Positions 23,845 through 35,531 are shown, counted from the stretch's first letter. The stretch: DNA of 41,387 nucleotides from Macrostomum lignano (GCA_002269645.1 NIVC01004581.1:1-41387), one strand, 5' to 3'. Numbers and translations are program-made. The notes: generated by a model from the sequence alone, not told the origin.

Positions 23845-25827
23845 AGTGATGAATTGATGTGTGTTGGTGACTCAGTGATGAATTGATTTGTGTCAGTGAT
23901 GAATTGATGTGTGTTGGTGACTCAGTGATGAATTGATTTGTGTCAGTGATGAATTGATTTGTGTCAGTGATGAATTGATGTGTGTTGGTGACTCAGTGAT
24001 GAATTTATTTGTGTCAGTGATGAATTGATTTGTGACAGTGATGAATTGATTTGTGACAGTGATGAACTGATTTGTGTCAGCGATAGATAGATTGTGTCAG
24101 TGATAGATAGATAGTGTTAGCGATAGATAGATTGTGTCAGTGATAGATAGATTGTGTCAGTGATAGATAGATTGTGTCAGCGATAGATAGATTGTGTCAG
24201 TGATAGATAGATTGTGTCAGCGATAGATAGATTGTGTCAGCGATAGATAGATTGTGTCAGCGATAGATAGATAGATTGTGTCAGTGATAGATAGATTGTG
24301 TCAGCGATAGATAGATTGTGTCAGCGATAGATAGATTGTGTCAGCGATAGATAGATAGATTGTGTCAGTGATAGATAGATTGTGTCAGTGATAGATAGAT
24401 TGTGTCAGTGATAGATAGATAGTGTTAGCGATAGATAGATTGTGTCAGTGATAGATAGATTGTGTCAGCGATAGATAGATTGTGTCAGCGATAGATAGAT
24501 TGTGTCAGCGATAGATAGATAGATTGTGTCAGTGATAGATAGATTGTGTCAGCGATAGATTTTGTCAGCGATAGACAGATTGTGTCAGTGATAGATAGAT
24601 TGTGTCAGCGATAGATAGATTGTGTCAGCGATAGATAGATTGTGTCAGCGATAGATAGATAGATTGTGTCAGTGATAGATAGATTGTGTCAGCGATAGAT
24701 AGATTGTGTCAGCGATAGATAGATAGATTGTGTCAGTGATAGATAGATTGTGTCAGCGATAGATAGATTGTGTCAGCGATAGATAGATAGATTGTGTCAG
24801 TGATAGATAGATAGTGTCAGCGATAGATTTTGTCAGCGATAGATAGATTTTGTCAGCGATAGATAGATTGTGTCAGCGATAGATAGATTGTGTCAGTGAT
24901 GATTTGTGTCAGCGATAGATGGAATGTGTCAGCGATAGATAGATAGTGTCAGCGATAGATGGATTGTGTCAGCGATAGATAGATAGATTGTGTCAGCGAT
25001 AGATAGATAGATTGTGTCAGCGATAGATAGATTGTGTCAGTGATAGATAGATAGATTTTGTCAGCGATAGATAGATAGATTGTATCAGTGATAGATAGAT
25101 TGTGTCAGTGATAGATAGATAGATTGTGTCAGCGATAGATAGATTGTGTCAGTGATAGATAGATAGATTGTGTCAGCGATAGATAGATAGATTGTGTCAG
25201 TGATAGATAGATTGTGTCAGTGATAGATAGATTGTGTCAGCGATAGATAGATTGTGTCAGCGATAGATAGATTGTGTCAGCGATAGATAGATAGATTGTG
25301 TCAGCGATAGATGGATTGTGTCAGTGATGAACTGATTTGTGTCAGCGATAAATAGAATGTGTCAGCGATAGATAGATAGTGTCAGCGATAGATGGATTGT
25401 GTCAGCGATAGATAGATAGATTGTGTCAGCGATAGATAGATAGATTGTGTCAGTGATAGATAGATAGATTGTGTCAGCGATAGATAGATAGATTGTGTCA
25501 GCGATAGATAGATAGATTGTGTCAGTGATAGATAGATTGTGTCAGTGATAGATAGATTGTGTCAGCGATAGATAGATTGTGTCAGCGATAGATAGATTGT
25601 GTCAGCGATAGATAGATAGATTGTGTCAGCGATAGATGGATTGTGTCAGTGATGAACTGATTTGTGTCAGCGATAAATAGAATGTGTCAGCGATAGATAG
25701 ATAGTGTCAGCGATAGATGGATTGTGTCAGCGATAGATAGATAGATTGTGTCAGCGATAGATAGATAGATTGTGTCAGTGATAGATAGATAGATTGTGTC
25801 AGCGATAGATAGATAGATTGTGTCAGC
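23845..25827. repeat. Intronic minisatellite: 21-bp GTCAGTGATGAATTGATTTGT grading into 20/24-bp GTCAGYGATAGATAG(ATAG)ATTGT, left arm
   Basis: Tandem units. A ~325-bp higher-order duplication near 25311/25636. Starts 17 nt from the PLXDC acceptor. Confidence 0.97.
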
Positions 25828-26293
25828 TGTTGCCCCCAGGACCCCGGGTCCTGCACGTAATGGCGTGGTGAACTATCTGTGCAGTATGAGACTGGTATGG
25901 CCTTTATCCCAGCCAGCGATGCTCACACCTGCCTCCCCTGGCGGGCTGATAGCTCAAGAGACTCTGTCTCCTGATTTTCACCTTGCAAGGCGCACTTCGA
26001 AGGGTACTCGTCCCGTGGGTGTTAAGGCAGGCCCCCTTGGGCCCTGCCGAGCTGATTCGTTGGCGCCGGGTCCTGGTGTGACCATAAACGCACCCTCTAA
26101 TGTCCCAGTGTAACTCCGTGCTGATGGACGCTTGGCCAGGGAGTAGTCTGGTCGCTAACGGTTCCCCTTGCGCTTTTGGGTCCCCCGCAGGGTGGTATTT
26201 TGCTTTTTGGGGCCTGCCGCTTGGTTTGGGGTTGCGGCCTTGCGGCTCTTTGCCTGTGTTCTGCAGGAAGTCCCACCTTTTTACTTCCAGCCA

Positions 26294-27813
26294 ATGGCTT
26301 CTAACCGAAGTAACAAACCGGCTGTGGATGACACAGTGCCTCCGGCCTCGGCTGGGGCCGTGGACTCCTCGGCCATACCACCTGCTACCATCGGGGACGC
26401 CTCGGCGAGACCCGTGGAGCCAACTCTGAGCGGTGCCTCCGAGAAGACACCTGCTACTCCAGCTGCTAAGAAACGCAGCACCACCTCTGGAGCTGCCCGC
26501 CGTCGACTTAACAAGGCGAGGCGGGCCAAGGAGGGCGGAAGCCAAACCGGTGCCAGGGGCCAACGGCCCGCGGCAGCGGAAGCTTCCCAGTCTGGGGCGG
26601 TGGCGGAAGAGGGCCTCGAGCCCACGGAAGCCCCTGCCCAGGATAGGGAGGCCGATGCAGCCGGGAGGGTGGACAGCCCACCTGAAGAAAGCTCCACTGA
26701 CCCCCGGGCCTCCTACGCTGATGCGGCAAAGAGGCAACCGGCGGTTGTCATCCTGGGAAAGGACGCGCGCCTGTCTCCCGATCAGCTGAAGCAGGTGAGA
26801 AGTGCCGTTGATGGCCTCCTGTGGAAGCAAACTCTGAAGGGCACGCCTCTGAACATTCATTCGAATGCGACGAGGGACTCGTGCCTTCTCATTTGGCCCA
26901 GTGATGCTGACTCGGGTCGGCGGCTCCTTGAGCTGCTGCCCGAGCAGAGCTGGGACCTCAACCTAGCCTTCTGCAGAGAGGACGAGCGCCCCCGGACCAA
27001 GAGGCATCGAATCTGGGTCCCGGCCAGGAGCGTTGTTACCTCTGCTGACGAGCTCCGGAAAGGACTGCTAGCAGTCAACCGGGAGCTTCCCGCCGCGGGC
27101 CTAGTGGTGCATGACACCCTTAAGCGCACCGACGGCACTGGCTTCACAGCCATCCTGGGGCTGTCGGACGCCTGGATGAGGCGTTATCCACACGGCAGCT
27201 TCATCAACGTCGGCCTTTGGAAGCTGCGCATCCGCTCCTACGAGGCCGACCCTCCCCGTGGCAGTGAGCAGGGCGGGCGGGATGCGGAGGCGACCGGGGC
27301 CGAGGCGCAAGCCTCTGCTCAGACTGCCAAAGCAAACCGCCCTGCCCGGCAGCACGGCCGCGCGGGCAAAGCTGAGCGCGCTGCTGAGGGCGGAGGCGAC
27401 CGACGCCCGGCGCGTAGCACCAAGCGGCGCGGCCTGTACCAGCGTGCAGCTGAGGCAGTCCGTACCGCCAAAATCTCCCAGCTGAGGCGAGAGGTCGCCG
27501 GGACGCCTAGGCGCACCAGTTCGTCCAGGGAGGGTGGGGACGTCCCAGCTGGGCCCAACCCCTCGGGCAGGGCCGACTGGAGACGGACCCGCCTGCCCAG
27601 GCGGCTGGCTGCTCCAGGGCATTGGGCCAATCTGAGGCGGAGGACCCCATGGATGGTGGGCAAAGGGCGGCGAACGCTGCCTACTGCCTTCCGGCCAATC
27701 GGGGGCCTTTTGCTGAAGAAGAGCCCATGGACACCGGCGACCCCGACCCGAAGCCGGTGAGCGCCGAGGAGGAGGAGGAACTCCTGGCGGCTGCAACATC
27801 CGATCTGCAATGA
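26294..27813 (+). pseudogene. Retrotransposon ORF1 (basic N-terminus RRRLNKARRAK, SYADAAK, DUF4780-like core, acidic tail), probably with a 1-nt frameshift between ~27511 and 27620
   Basis: The frame from ATG 26294 stops at 27760. A second frame carrying the acidic PMDTG..EEEEELL tail ends at TGA 27811-27813, overlapping the ORF2 ATGs. The DUF4780 resemblance is from recall only. Confidence 0.7.
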
Positions 27814-30800
27814 TGCCAACGACTACCTGGTGTCTGCAGATCAACACCCAGCACTGCGTGGCGGCGTCGGTCAACCTGATGCGCACGGCAGAGCAACAGC
27901 TTCCGGGCCTGGTCTTCGTACAGGAGCCCTGGATGACTAAAGGTAAGCCAAATAATGTGCCATCTGGCTACCACTGTTTTTGCATGGCGGGCTCTCAGCC
28001 TCGCCCAAGATCTCTGGTCTTTGCTGCAAAAGCTTTTGAGGCATGGATGAGACCTGATCTCTCGACTGGGGACATCTGTGTTGTTCAAATCAATAACCTC
28101 ATTCCCAATAAACCTGTGCTGGTAGCTTCTGCCTATTTCCCGGGCGATGCCCCAGTTGTCTGCGACGCGTTAGTCAACCTTACTGACTATGCTGCGTCCC
28201 ATCGGTTCGAGCTGCTCATTGCAGGGGATGTGAACGCACACCACCTGCATTGGGGCAGCAAGAACATCAATAGCAGAGGCGAGGAGCTGCTGGCCTATGT
28301 CAGCAGCACTAACCTCAACTTCTGTAACGTGGGCAATGCACCAACGTTCAATAATGGGCGGTGGGCCGAAGTCATCGACACCACCATCGCCTCACCCGGA
28401 CTGCTTTCCGCAGTTACGGGCTGGCGAGTGTGGGACGAGGACTCGCTCTCGGCGCCGAGCCAGGACCCTCCAAAGGCGAGCGCTCAAAACCAAAGACCCA
28501 TCTGACAGAGAGGCCTATACCCGTGCGATCCACGAGTTTAAGGGCCAAGTCAGAAGGGCCAAGACGGCCAAGTGGCGCCAATATTGCGAAGGGCTTGAGG
28601 GCTCTCGCCCCGTAGCCCGCGTGGTTAAGGCACTCACTAATGACCGTTTTTCTAAACTCTCTGTTGTGAAGAGACCTGACGGCTCGGTCACAGAGAGTTC
28701 GGAAGAGACTCTAGAGCTCATGCTCAACAGTTTTTTCCCTAAATCTCCGACTCAGCAGGGCCCGCCCGACCACACAGTGGGAGGGCAAGGCCTAGCAAAG
28801 TCTATGATCACCAAAGACCGCATTATTAGAGCGGCAAGGTCCTTTAACCCGTTCAAGGCGCCTGGGCCCGACGGCATCTACCCAGCGTTCTTGCACGAGG
28901 CGGTGAAAAACCACCGCTTCCTGGACCTGCTCTGTCGTCTCCTTCGAGCTTGTATGGAGCTGGGCTATGTACCAGTTGCATGGAGAGAGGCCCGGGTGGT
29001 CTTTATCCCCAAGCCTGGAAAGAGCGACTACCAATCGGTGAAGGCCTTCAGGCCTATCAGCCTCACTTCTTTCTGCCTCAAGCTCCTCGAGAGACTGGTG
29101 CTTTGGCGCCTACTTTCGGTCGAGCTGAAGCGCTTCCCACTCTCGCAGAACCAGCACGCCTTCCGCGCGGGCAGGTCAACCGAGAGTGCTCTCCATGTCA
29201 TTGTTGACTTCCTGGAGAGGGCCGTTCTTGGCAGCGGCTTTGCCCTCTCGCTTTTCCTGGACATTGAGGGGGCCTTCGACAACGTCATCTTCGAGGCCTT
29301 TTGCAGAGCCCTGGAATCCAGGGCCACGCACCCTCACCTTGTCCGGTGGATCATGTTCATGATCCGAAACCGCACTGTTGTGGCCCACCTGAGCGGCAGC
29401 TCTCTTTCGGTGCCTGTCCTGAAAGGGGGCCCCCAGGGCGGCGTTCTCACCCCCGTTCTCTGGAACATGGTCATGGATGAGTTGCTTTGCAGTGATCTCC
29501 ACGACCCCATTCTCAAGGTGGGCTATGCCGATGATGTGACCGCGATATGCGCGGGCCCCTCGGTTGATACCATCAGAGACCTTCTGCAGGGCTTTCTGGG
29601 ACGAGCGGAGCGTTGGGCAGACCAATGTGGCCTTAGACTCTCAGAGTCGAAAACCACAGCAGTCATGTTTACCAACAAACTGCTCTGGACCATTAAGCCC
29701 CTCACCCTTTATGGAAAGAATATTTCCATGGAGAAGCAGGTCCGCTGCCTGGGCCTCACTCTGGACCACAGGCTTAACTGGACTCCGCACATTCAAACTA
29801 AAGCCAAAAAAGCCCTGGCTGTACTGGCTCAGATCAGGCGCGCCGTGGGCACCACCTGGGGGCTCACCCCCAGGAAGCTGTGGTGGATTTACACTGCCAT
29901 CATCCGCCCCTCGATCAGTTACGCCAGCCTCGTGTGGGCTAGCGGCCTGAGCGTCAAGAGCAACCTCGACGCTCTCTACAAAATCCAGGGCAGAGCCTGC
30001 CGCATGACTATGGGCGCTCCACCCTCTACTCCTTTTGAAGGCATGAATGCCTTCCTCTGTGCCCCTCCTCTGGATATTTATATCAAAGGAGAGGCGGCGA
30101 AGAGCACCCGGCGTCTTCTGGATGCTGGGGTGGCCTTCAAGAAAGTGCGGGCCTTTAAGAAGCGGTCGCTTATCCCGCACTCTGACCTCTGCCTCAAGGC
30201 TCTCGAGGAGTGTGGCGGGCTCAACATCCTCACGGACTCGATCCCAGCCACCCTTCTCCTGAGCCAAAGGTATAAGGTCACCATTCAGCCTCGACACGAG
30301 GCGAGTGACAGCTGGAGCGACTCTGAAGTCCACTGTTACACTGACGGCTCTATGAGGCATGGTCTTTCAGGCTTCGGAGCTTGCGTCTTCTTCAAGGGAG
30401 AAGTGGTGTGGAGCTACTCCCAGCACACTGGGCTCAACTCCAGTGTTTTTCAGAGCGAGGTGCTTGCCATCAGCTCCTGCGCGGCAGAGCTGCGCCGAAG
30501 GCAGCTTAGCGGCCGGAAATTTATTTTTCACTCTGACAGCCAAGCAGCCCTTCGGGCCCTCTGCCGCAGCACCGCCAGCTCCAGGTCCGTCCTGGACTGC
30601 AACACCCAGCTCAACGGGCTTGCGCTAGGCAACCAGGTGGAGCTCAGATGGATCCCGGGCCACGCCGGCTTCCTCGGCAACGAGCGCGCTGACCTGCTGG
30701 CCAAGGCTGGCTCCGCCGGCACGCTATTGGGGCCGGGCCCGGGTGCCCCCATCCCCGCCTCGGTGATCAATTCCCGCGTTAAGCGCTGGGCTGACTCCGA

Positions 30801-31227
30801 GCATCTCCGCAGGTGGCACGACACCCGGAATTGTAGGCAATCCCGTGCTGCCGTCCCCTGTCCCTCTCCTCTCCTGCGTAGAGCCCTCCTCAGGCTCAAC
30901 CGCAGAGACCTCAGAGCAGTTAGCATGGCCCTCTCCGGGCATGGCTGCTTCTCTCGCCACCGCTTCCTTCAGGGCCAAGTACCCGAGGAGCGGTGCCCCT
31001 TCTGCCGCTCAGGCAGTGAAAACGCCGAGCATTTTATCTGCCACTGCCCGGTTTTCACCAGGGCCAGGCTTACTCACCTCGGGCCAAACCCGGTTCTCTC
31101 CGACGTTTGCAGGCCCGAGAGCATCCCACTGCTCGCCCGGTACCTCAGGGACACCGGACGAGCTGATTTCTTCCCCACCGTCGGTGAGGAGGACCGCGCT
31201 GCAGGCGAGACCGACGGGTCCCCCTGA
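27810..31227 (+). pseudogene. Retrotransposon ORF2 (AP endonuclease, reverse transcriptase, RNase H, C-terminal CCHC), split by an internal deletion/frameshift at ~28450
   Basis: APE: LQIN, VQEPW, GDVNAHH..WGS, IDTT; the SDH motif is cut after SLS. RT: KAPGPDG, FLDIEGAFD, PQGGVL, YADD. RNase H: YTDGS, SEVLA, SDSQAAL, WIPGH, GNERAD. C-terminus: CPFC..ENAEHFICHC. Confidence 0.95.
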
Positions 31228-31345
31228 GCGACACCACTTCAACGGAAGTCGTTGGTCGCCAGGGGCTAGCGGAATGGGCGGTCTCCTCCGCCTCCTCGCT
31301 GCATCCGCCGGACGCCCCCTGCAGCTAAGTCAAGAAGTAAGTCAA

Positions 31346-31492
31346 GTGTCAGCGATAGATGGATTGTGTCAGCGATAGATGGATTGTGTCAGCGATAGAT
31401 GGATTGTGTCAGCGATAGATAGATTGTGTCAGCGATAGATAGATTGTGTCAGCGATAGATGGATTGTGTCAGCGATAGATAGATTGTGTCAG
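31346..31492. repeat. Right arm of the GTCAGCGATAGATRGATTGT array, ~7 units
   Basis: The same 20-bp unit resumes immediately after the element. Confidence 0.96.
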
Positions 31493-31796
31493 ACAGAAAC
31501 AAATCACAAAAACAGCAGCCCAATATCAATATCAGCTTTGGCTAAAGTGGCATGCAGAGCTGACGGGCGGCAAGGCAAACACATTCCGACTGGTGAGAAA
31601 CTGATTGATTCAACAATTGAGTAATCTGTATGATTTGCAGTTGCAACAACTGCAAGGCAATAAAATGAAGGCTGTTAAGAAACGATAAAAAGTTGATAAA
31701 AATGCTACTTAAAAGCGAAAGCAGTTCTGTGAAAATGAAACGCTTAAATAAGTGAAAGAAAGTGAATTATTGATTTGTGTTTCATTGTTGCCGTAC

Positions 31797-31958
31797 ACAG
31801 TCGCGGTCCACGACGACCACATCGACAGTGGTGGCCTCCGGGGCCTGGGTGCTGCGTTCGCGAGTAGTAGTAGTAGCAGTAGTAGTAGCAGTAGTAGCAG
31901 CGGTAGTAGTAGTCTCAACCCTACGAGTTGTGATGTCCTTCCAGCAGAGCCTTGTGAA
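31797..31958 (-). CDS. PLXDC: PLXDC exon: end of PSI region and Thr-rich stalk (FTRLCWKDITTRRVETTTTAATT...VDRDC)
   Basis: TCTCAG acceptor and GTACGG donor. Phase 0-0 fits neighbours. (ACT/GCT)n encodes a mucin-like stalk. Confidence 0.75.
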
Positions 31959-32139
31959 CTGAGATTACACGCGTTTGTGTTGCCCAGTCAGAACTCTATT
32001 AGCTACTTATTACTGAGGAACTTCTCTGATGCTGGCGCGATGAAAAGTTTTGGTTTGCAATAGCAAATTCTACAGATTGTATCAATTGTAAGTTTGTCAG
32101 GTTGATTTACATGAGGTAGAAGGGAAAAGTTTGAAAAAT

Positions 32140-33150
32140 TAGATATGGGAGTGGGATACGGGAAGTGAGATATGGGATGTGAGATATGGGAATTGAGATT
32201 TGGGAAGTGAGATATGGGAAGTGAGATATGGGAAGTGAGATACGGGAAGTGAGATATGGGAAGTGTGATATGGGAAGTGAGATATGGGAAGTGAGATACG
32301 GGAAGTGAGATATGGGAAGTGAGAGAGATGAGATATGGGAAGTGAGATGTGGGAATTGAGATTTGGGAATTGAGATTTGGGATGCGAGATACGGAAAGTG
32401 AGATATGGGGATTGGGGTATGGGAAGTGAGATACGGGAAGTGAGAGAGATGAGATATGGGAAGTGAGATACGGGAAGTGAGATATGGGAAGTGAGATATG
32501 GGAAGTGAGATACGGGAAGTGAGATATGGGAAGTGAGATACGGGAAGTGAGATATGGGAAGTGAGATACGGGAAGTGAGATACGGGAAGTGAGATATGGG
32601 AAGTGAGATACGGGAAGTGAGATATGGGAAGTGAGATATGGGAAGTGAGATACGGGAAGTGAGATACGGGAAGTGAGATACGGGAAGTGAGATATGGGAA
32701 GTGAGATATGGGAAGTGAGATACGGGAAGTGAGATATGGGAAGTGAGATATGGGAAGTGAGATACGGGAAAGAGATATGGGAAGTGAGATATGGGAAGTG
32801 AGATACGGGAAGTGAGATACGGGAAGTGAGAGAGATGAGATATGGGAAGTGAGATATGGGAAGTGAGATACGGGAAAGAGATATGGGAAGTGAGATATGG
32901 GAAGTGAGATACGGGAAGTGAGATACGGGAAGTGAGAGAGATGAGATATGGGAAGTGAGATACGGGAAGTGAGATACGGGAAGTGAGATATGGGAAGTGA
33001 GATACGGGAAGTGAGATACGGGAAGTGAGATATGGGAAGTGAGATACGGGAAGTGAGATATGGGAAGTGAGATATGGGAAGTGAGATATGGGAAGTGAGA
33101 TATGGGAAGTGCGATACGGGAAGCGAGATATTAGAAGTGAGAGATGGTAA
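32140..33150. repeat. PLXDC intronic minisatellite, 14-bp unit (GGGAAGTGAGATAY), ~70 copies
   Basis: Purine-rich tandem units with T/C variants. Confidence 0.97.
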
Positions 33151-33265
33151 GTTTAAAAAGCCAACAGAGCCACTATGTAAATTAAAACACTCACCAAAAC
33201 TGTCAATCTTTTGAACCAAATAAAAACAATAAACAGACTGCAAAACCAGCATAACCCAAACTCAC

Positions 33266-33414
33266 CGAATAGTGGCACTCGGAGTCGTGCCAGGCCTGCA
33301 GCCGACGGTCGACCCCGGAGCTGCAGCGGCCCAGATCGTAGCACCAGCTGCAGTTGAAGGCGGGGACTCGCGACCGGTCAGTGCAGTTGGAGCAGCTGGT
33401 CTGCTGGTTGCAGG
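33266..33414 (-). CDS. PLXDC: PLXDC exon, PSI (plexin) domain (CNQQTSCSNC...FNCSWCYDLGRCSSGVDRRLQAWHDSECH)
   Basis: The Cys/Trp pattern matches the PLXDC FNCSWC..LQRCSSGFDR..QDW motif. CCCAG/GTGAGT boundaries. Confidence 0.93.
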
Positions 33415-33502
33415 CTGGGAATTGTGGGAGTGGAGAAGCAAGCTGTTGTATGATTGCTTTCTTGGGATAATTCTGTGTACAGCTAATCACAGCTCAAATG
33501 TA

Positions 33503-34000
33503 GTCTCAATGTGATCTTAATGTCACCCCAATGTGATCTTAATGTCAACCCAATGTGATCTTAATGTCAACCCAATGTGATCTTAATGTCAACCCAATGT
33601 GATCTTAATGTCAGTCTCAATGTGATCTTAATGTCAGTTTAAATGTGATCTTAATGTCAGTTTAAATGTGATCTTAATGTCACCCCAATGTGATTTTAAT
33701 GTCAACCCAATGTGATCTTAATGTCAGTCTGAATGTGATCTTAATGTCAGTCTGAATGTGATCTTAATGTCAGTCTGAATGTGATCTTAATGTCAGTCTG
33801 AATGTGATCTTAATGTCAGTCTGAATGTGATCTTAATGTCAGTCTGAATGTGATCTTAATGTCAGTCTGAATGTGATCTTAATGTCAGTCTGAATGTGAT
33901 CTTAATGTCAGTCTGAATGTGATCTTAATGTCAGTCTGAATTTGATCTTAATGTCAGTCTGAATTTGATCTTAATGTCAGTCTGAATGTGATCTTAATTT
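33503..34000. repeat. PLXDC intronic minisatellite, 23-bp unit (AATGTGATCTTAATGTCAGTCTG), ~21 copies
   Basis: Tandem units with a polar variant gradient. Confidence 0.96.
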
Positions 34001-34111
34001 AGTCTTAACCCAAGATACCATTGAGTAAGCCTAATTAAGGTCACCTCATCGTCACCTAGTCATGGTTACGAACTCGCACTAAAATAACAACACAAGTGCA
34101 GCGCCACTTAC

Positions 34112-34207
34112 TCGGCTGGTGCACCAGATGGATTACGCCGTCTGTGACAATTTGATCCCGTGGCACTCGCAGCTCGTGGTATCTCACAATCTTGCGCAAC
34201 ACGGTGC
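34112..34207 (-). CDS. PLXDC: PLXDC exon (GTVLRKIVRYHELRVPRDQIVTDGVIHLVHQP)
   Basis: Matches the RRTIYEYHRV..KI pattern. CCTCAG/GTAAGT boundaries, phase 1-1. Confidence 0.85.
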
Positions 34208-34574
34208 CTGAGGAAACAACTAATAAATTTAGAATGATGAATTATTTGACTGGTTAGTGCGTAAATTAGTGAAGATTTATAGATAGATTGACACGTATCT
34301 GGCAAACAAGATAATAAATTACAAGTCTAATAGATTAAAAGCAAAGTAGATAGTGGTGCAGTCAATCAGTTAGTTAAATAATGTTATTTATTACATGGTA
34401 AAGCGAAGGCTAAATTAAGTTAATTAGAATATACAGAGCAGTTATTAATTTTATATTATACACGCAGAGAAATAGCTTGTACAGGTTTCAGAAATAGTTG
34501 CTCAGCTCAAGACAGTAAGATAATAAGTTGATTAAGGTACAAGGAGCTAGTTTAAACAGGTAACACACCGAATA

Positions 34575-35531
34575 GCCTATCGAACCTTCAGTAACAGGTT
34601 GTCTGAATACCCCATCAAACCTTCAGTAACAGGTTGTCTGAATACCCCATCAAACCTTCAGTAACAAGTTGGCTGAATACCCCATCAAACCTTCAGTAAC
34701 AAGTTGTCTGAATACCGAACCAAACCTTCAGTAAGGGTAGCCTGAATACCCCATCAAACCTTCAGTAACAAGTTGTCTGAATACCCCATCAAACCTTCAG
34801 TAACAAGTTGTCTGAATACCGAACCAAACCTTCAGTAAGGGTAGCCTGAATACCCCATCAAACCTTCAGTAAAAAGTTGTCTGAATACCCCATCAAACCG
34901 TCAGTAACAAGTTGTCTGAATACCCCATCAAACCTTCAGTAACAGGTTGTCTGAACACCCCATCAAACCTTCAGTAACAAGTTGTCTGAATACCGAACCA
35001 AACCTTCAGTAAGGGTAGCCTGAATACCCCATCAAACCTTCAGTAACAAGTTGTCTGAATACCTCATCAAACCTTCAGTAACAAGTTGTCTGAACACCCC
35101 ATCAAACCTTCAGTAACATGTTGTCTGAATACCCCATCAAACCTTCAGTAACAAGTTGTCTGAATACCCCATCAAACCGTCAGTAACAAGTTGTCTGAAT
35201 ACCCCATCAAACCTTCAGTAACAAGTTGTCTGAATACCCCATCAAACCTTCAGTAACAAGTTGTCTGAATACCCCACCAAACCTTCAGTAAGGGTAGCCT
35301 GAATACCCCATCAAACCTTCAGTAACAAGTTGTCTGAATAACCCATCAAACCTTCAGTAAGGGTAGCCTGAATACCCCATCAAACCTTCAGTAACAAGTT
35401 GTCTGAATACCCCATCAAACCGTCAGTAACAAGTTGTCTGAATACCCCATCAAACCTTCAGTAACAAGTTGTCTGAATACCCCACCAAACCTTCAGTAAG
35501 GGTAGCCTGAATACCCCATCAAACCTTCAGC
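34575..35531. repeat. PLXDC intronic minisatellite, 33/35-bp units (AAACCTTCAGTAACAAGTTGTCTGAATACCCCATC and variant)
   Basis: Tandem units. Confidence 0.96.

Larger units (their letters stand above)
25828..31345 (+). mobile_element. Apparently full-length-ended non-LTR retrotransposon, R1/Loa-like (ORF1 + APE-RT-RNaseH-CCHC ORF2), defective copy, antisense within the last PLXDC intron
   Basis: Sharp transition from the array (...GTGTCAGC|TGTTGCCCC) and back (...AGTCAA|GTGTCAGC). ~465-nt 5'UTR, two ORFs, ~118-nt 3'UTR with short TAAGTCAA tail repeats. Candidate TSD GTGTCAGC. Confidence 0.95.

Noticed and set aside
25904-27886. Antisense ORFs of 318 and 261 aa over the retroelement
   Set aside because: Expected by-product of high GC and ORF1 codon bias; no recognisable motifs.
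32107-33252. 381-aa ISHFPYLTS repeat ORF
   Set aside because: Translation of the 14-bp intronic array; no independent coding signals.
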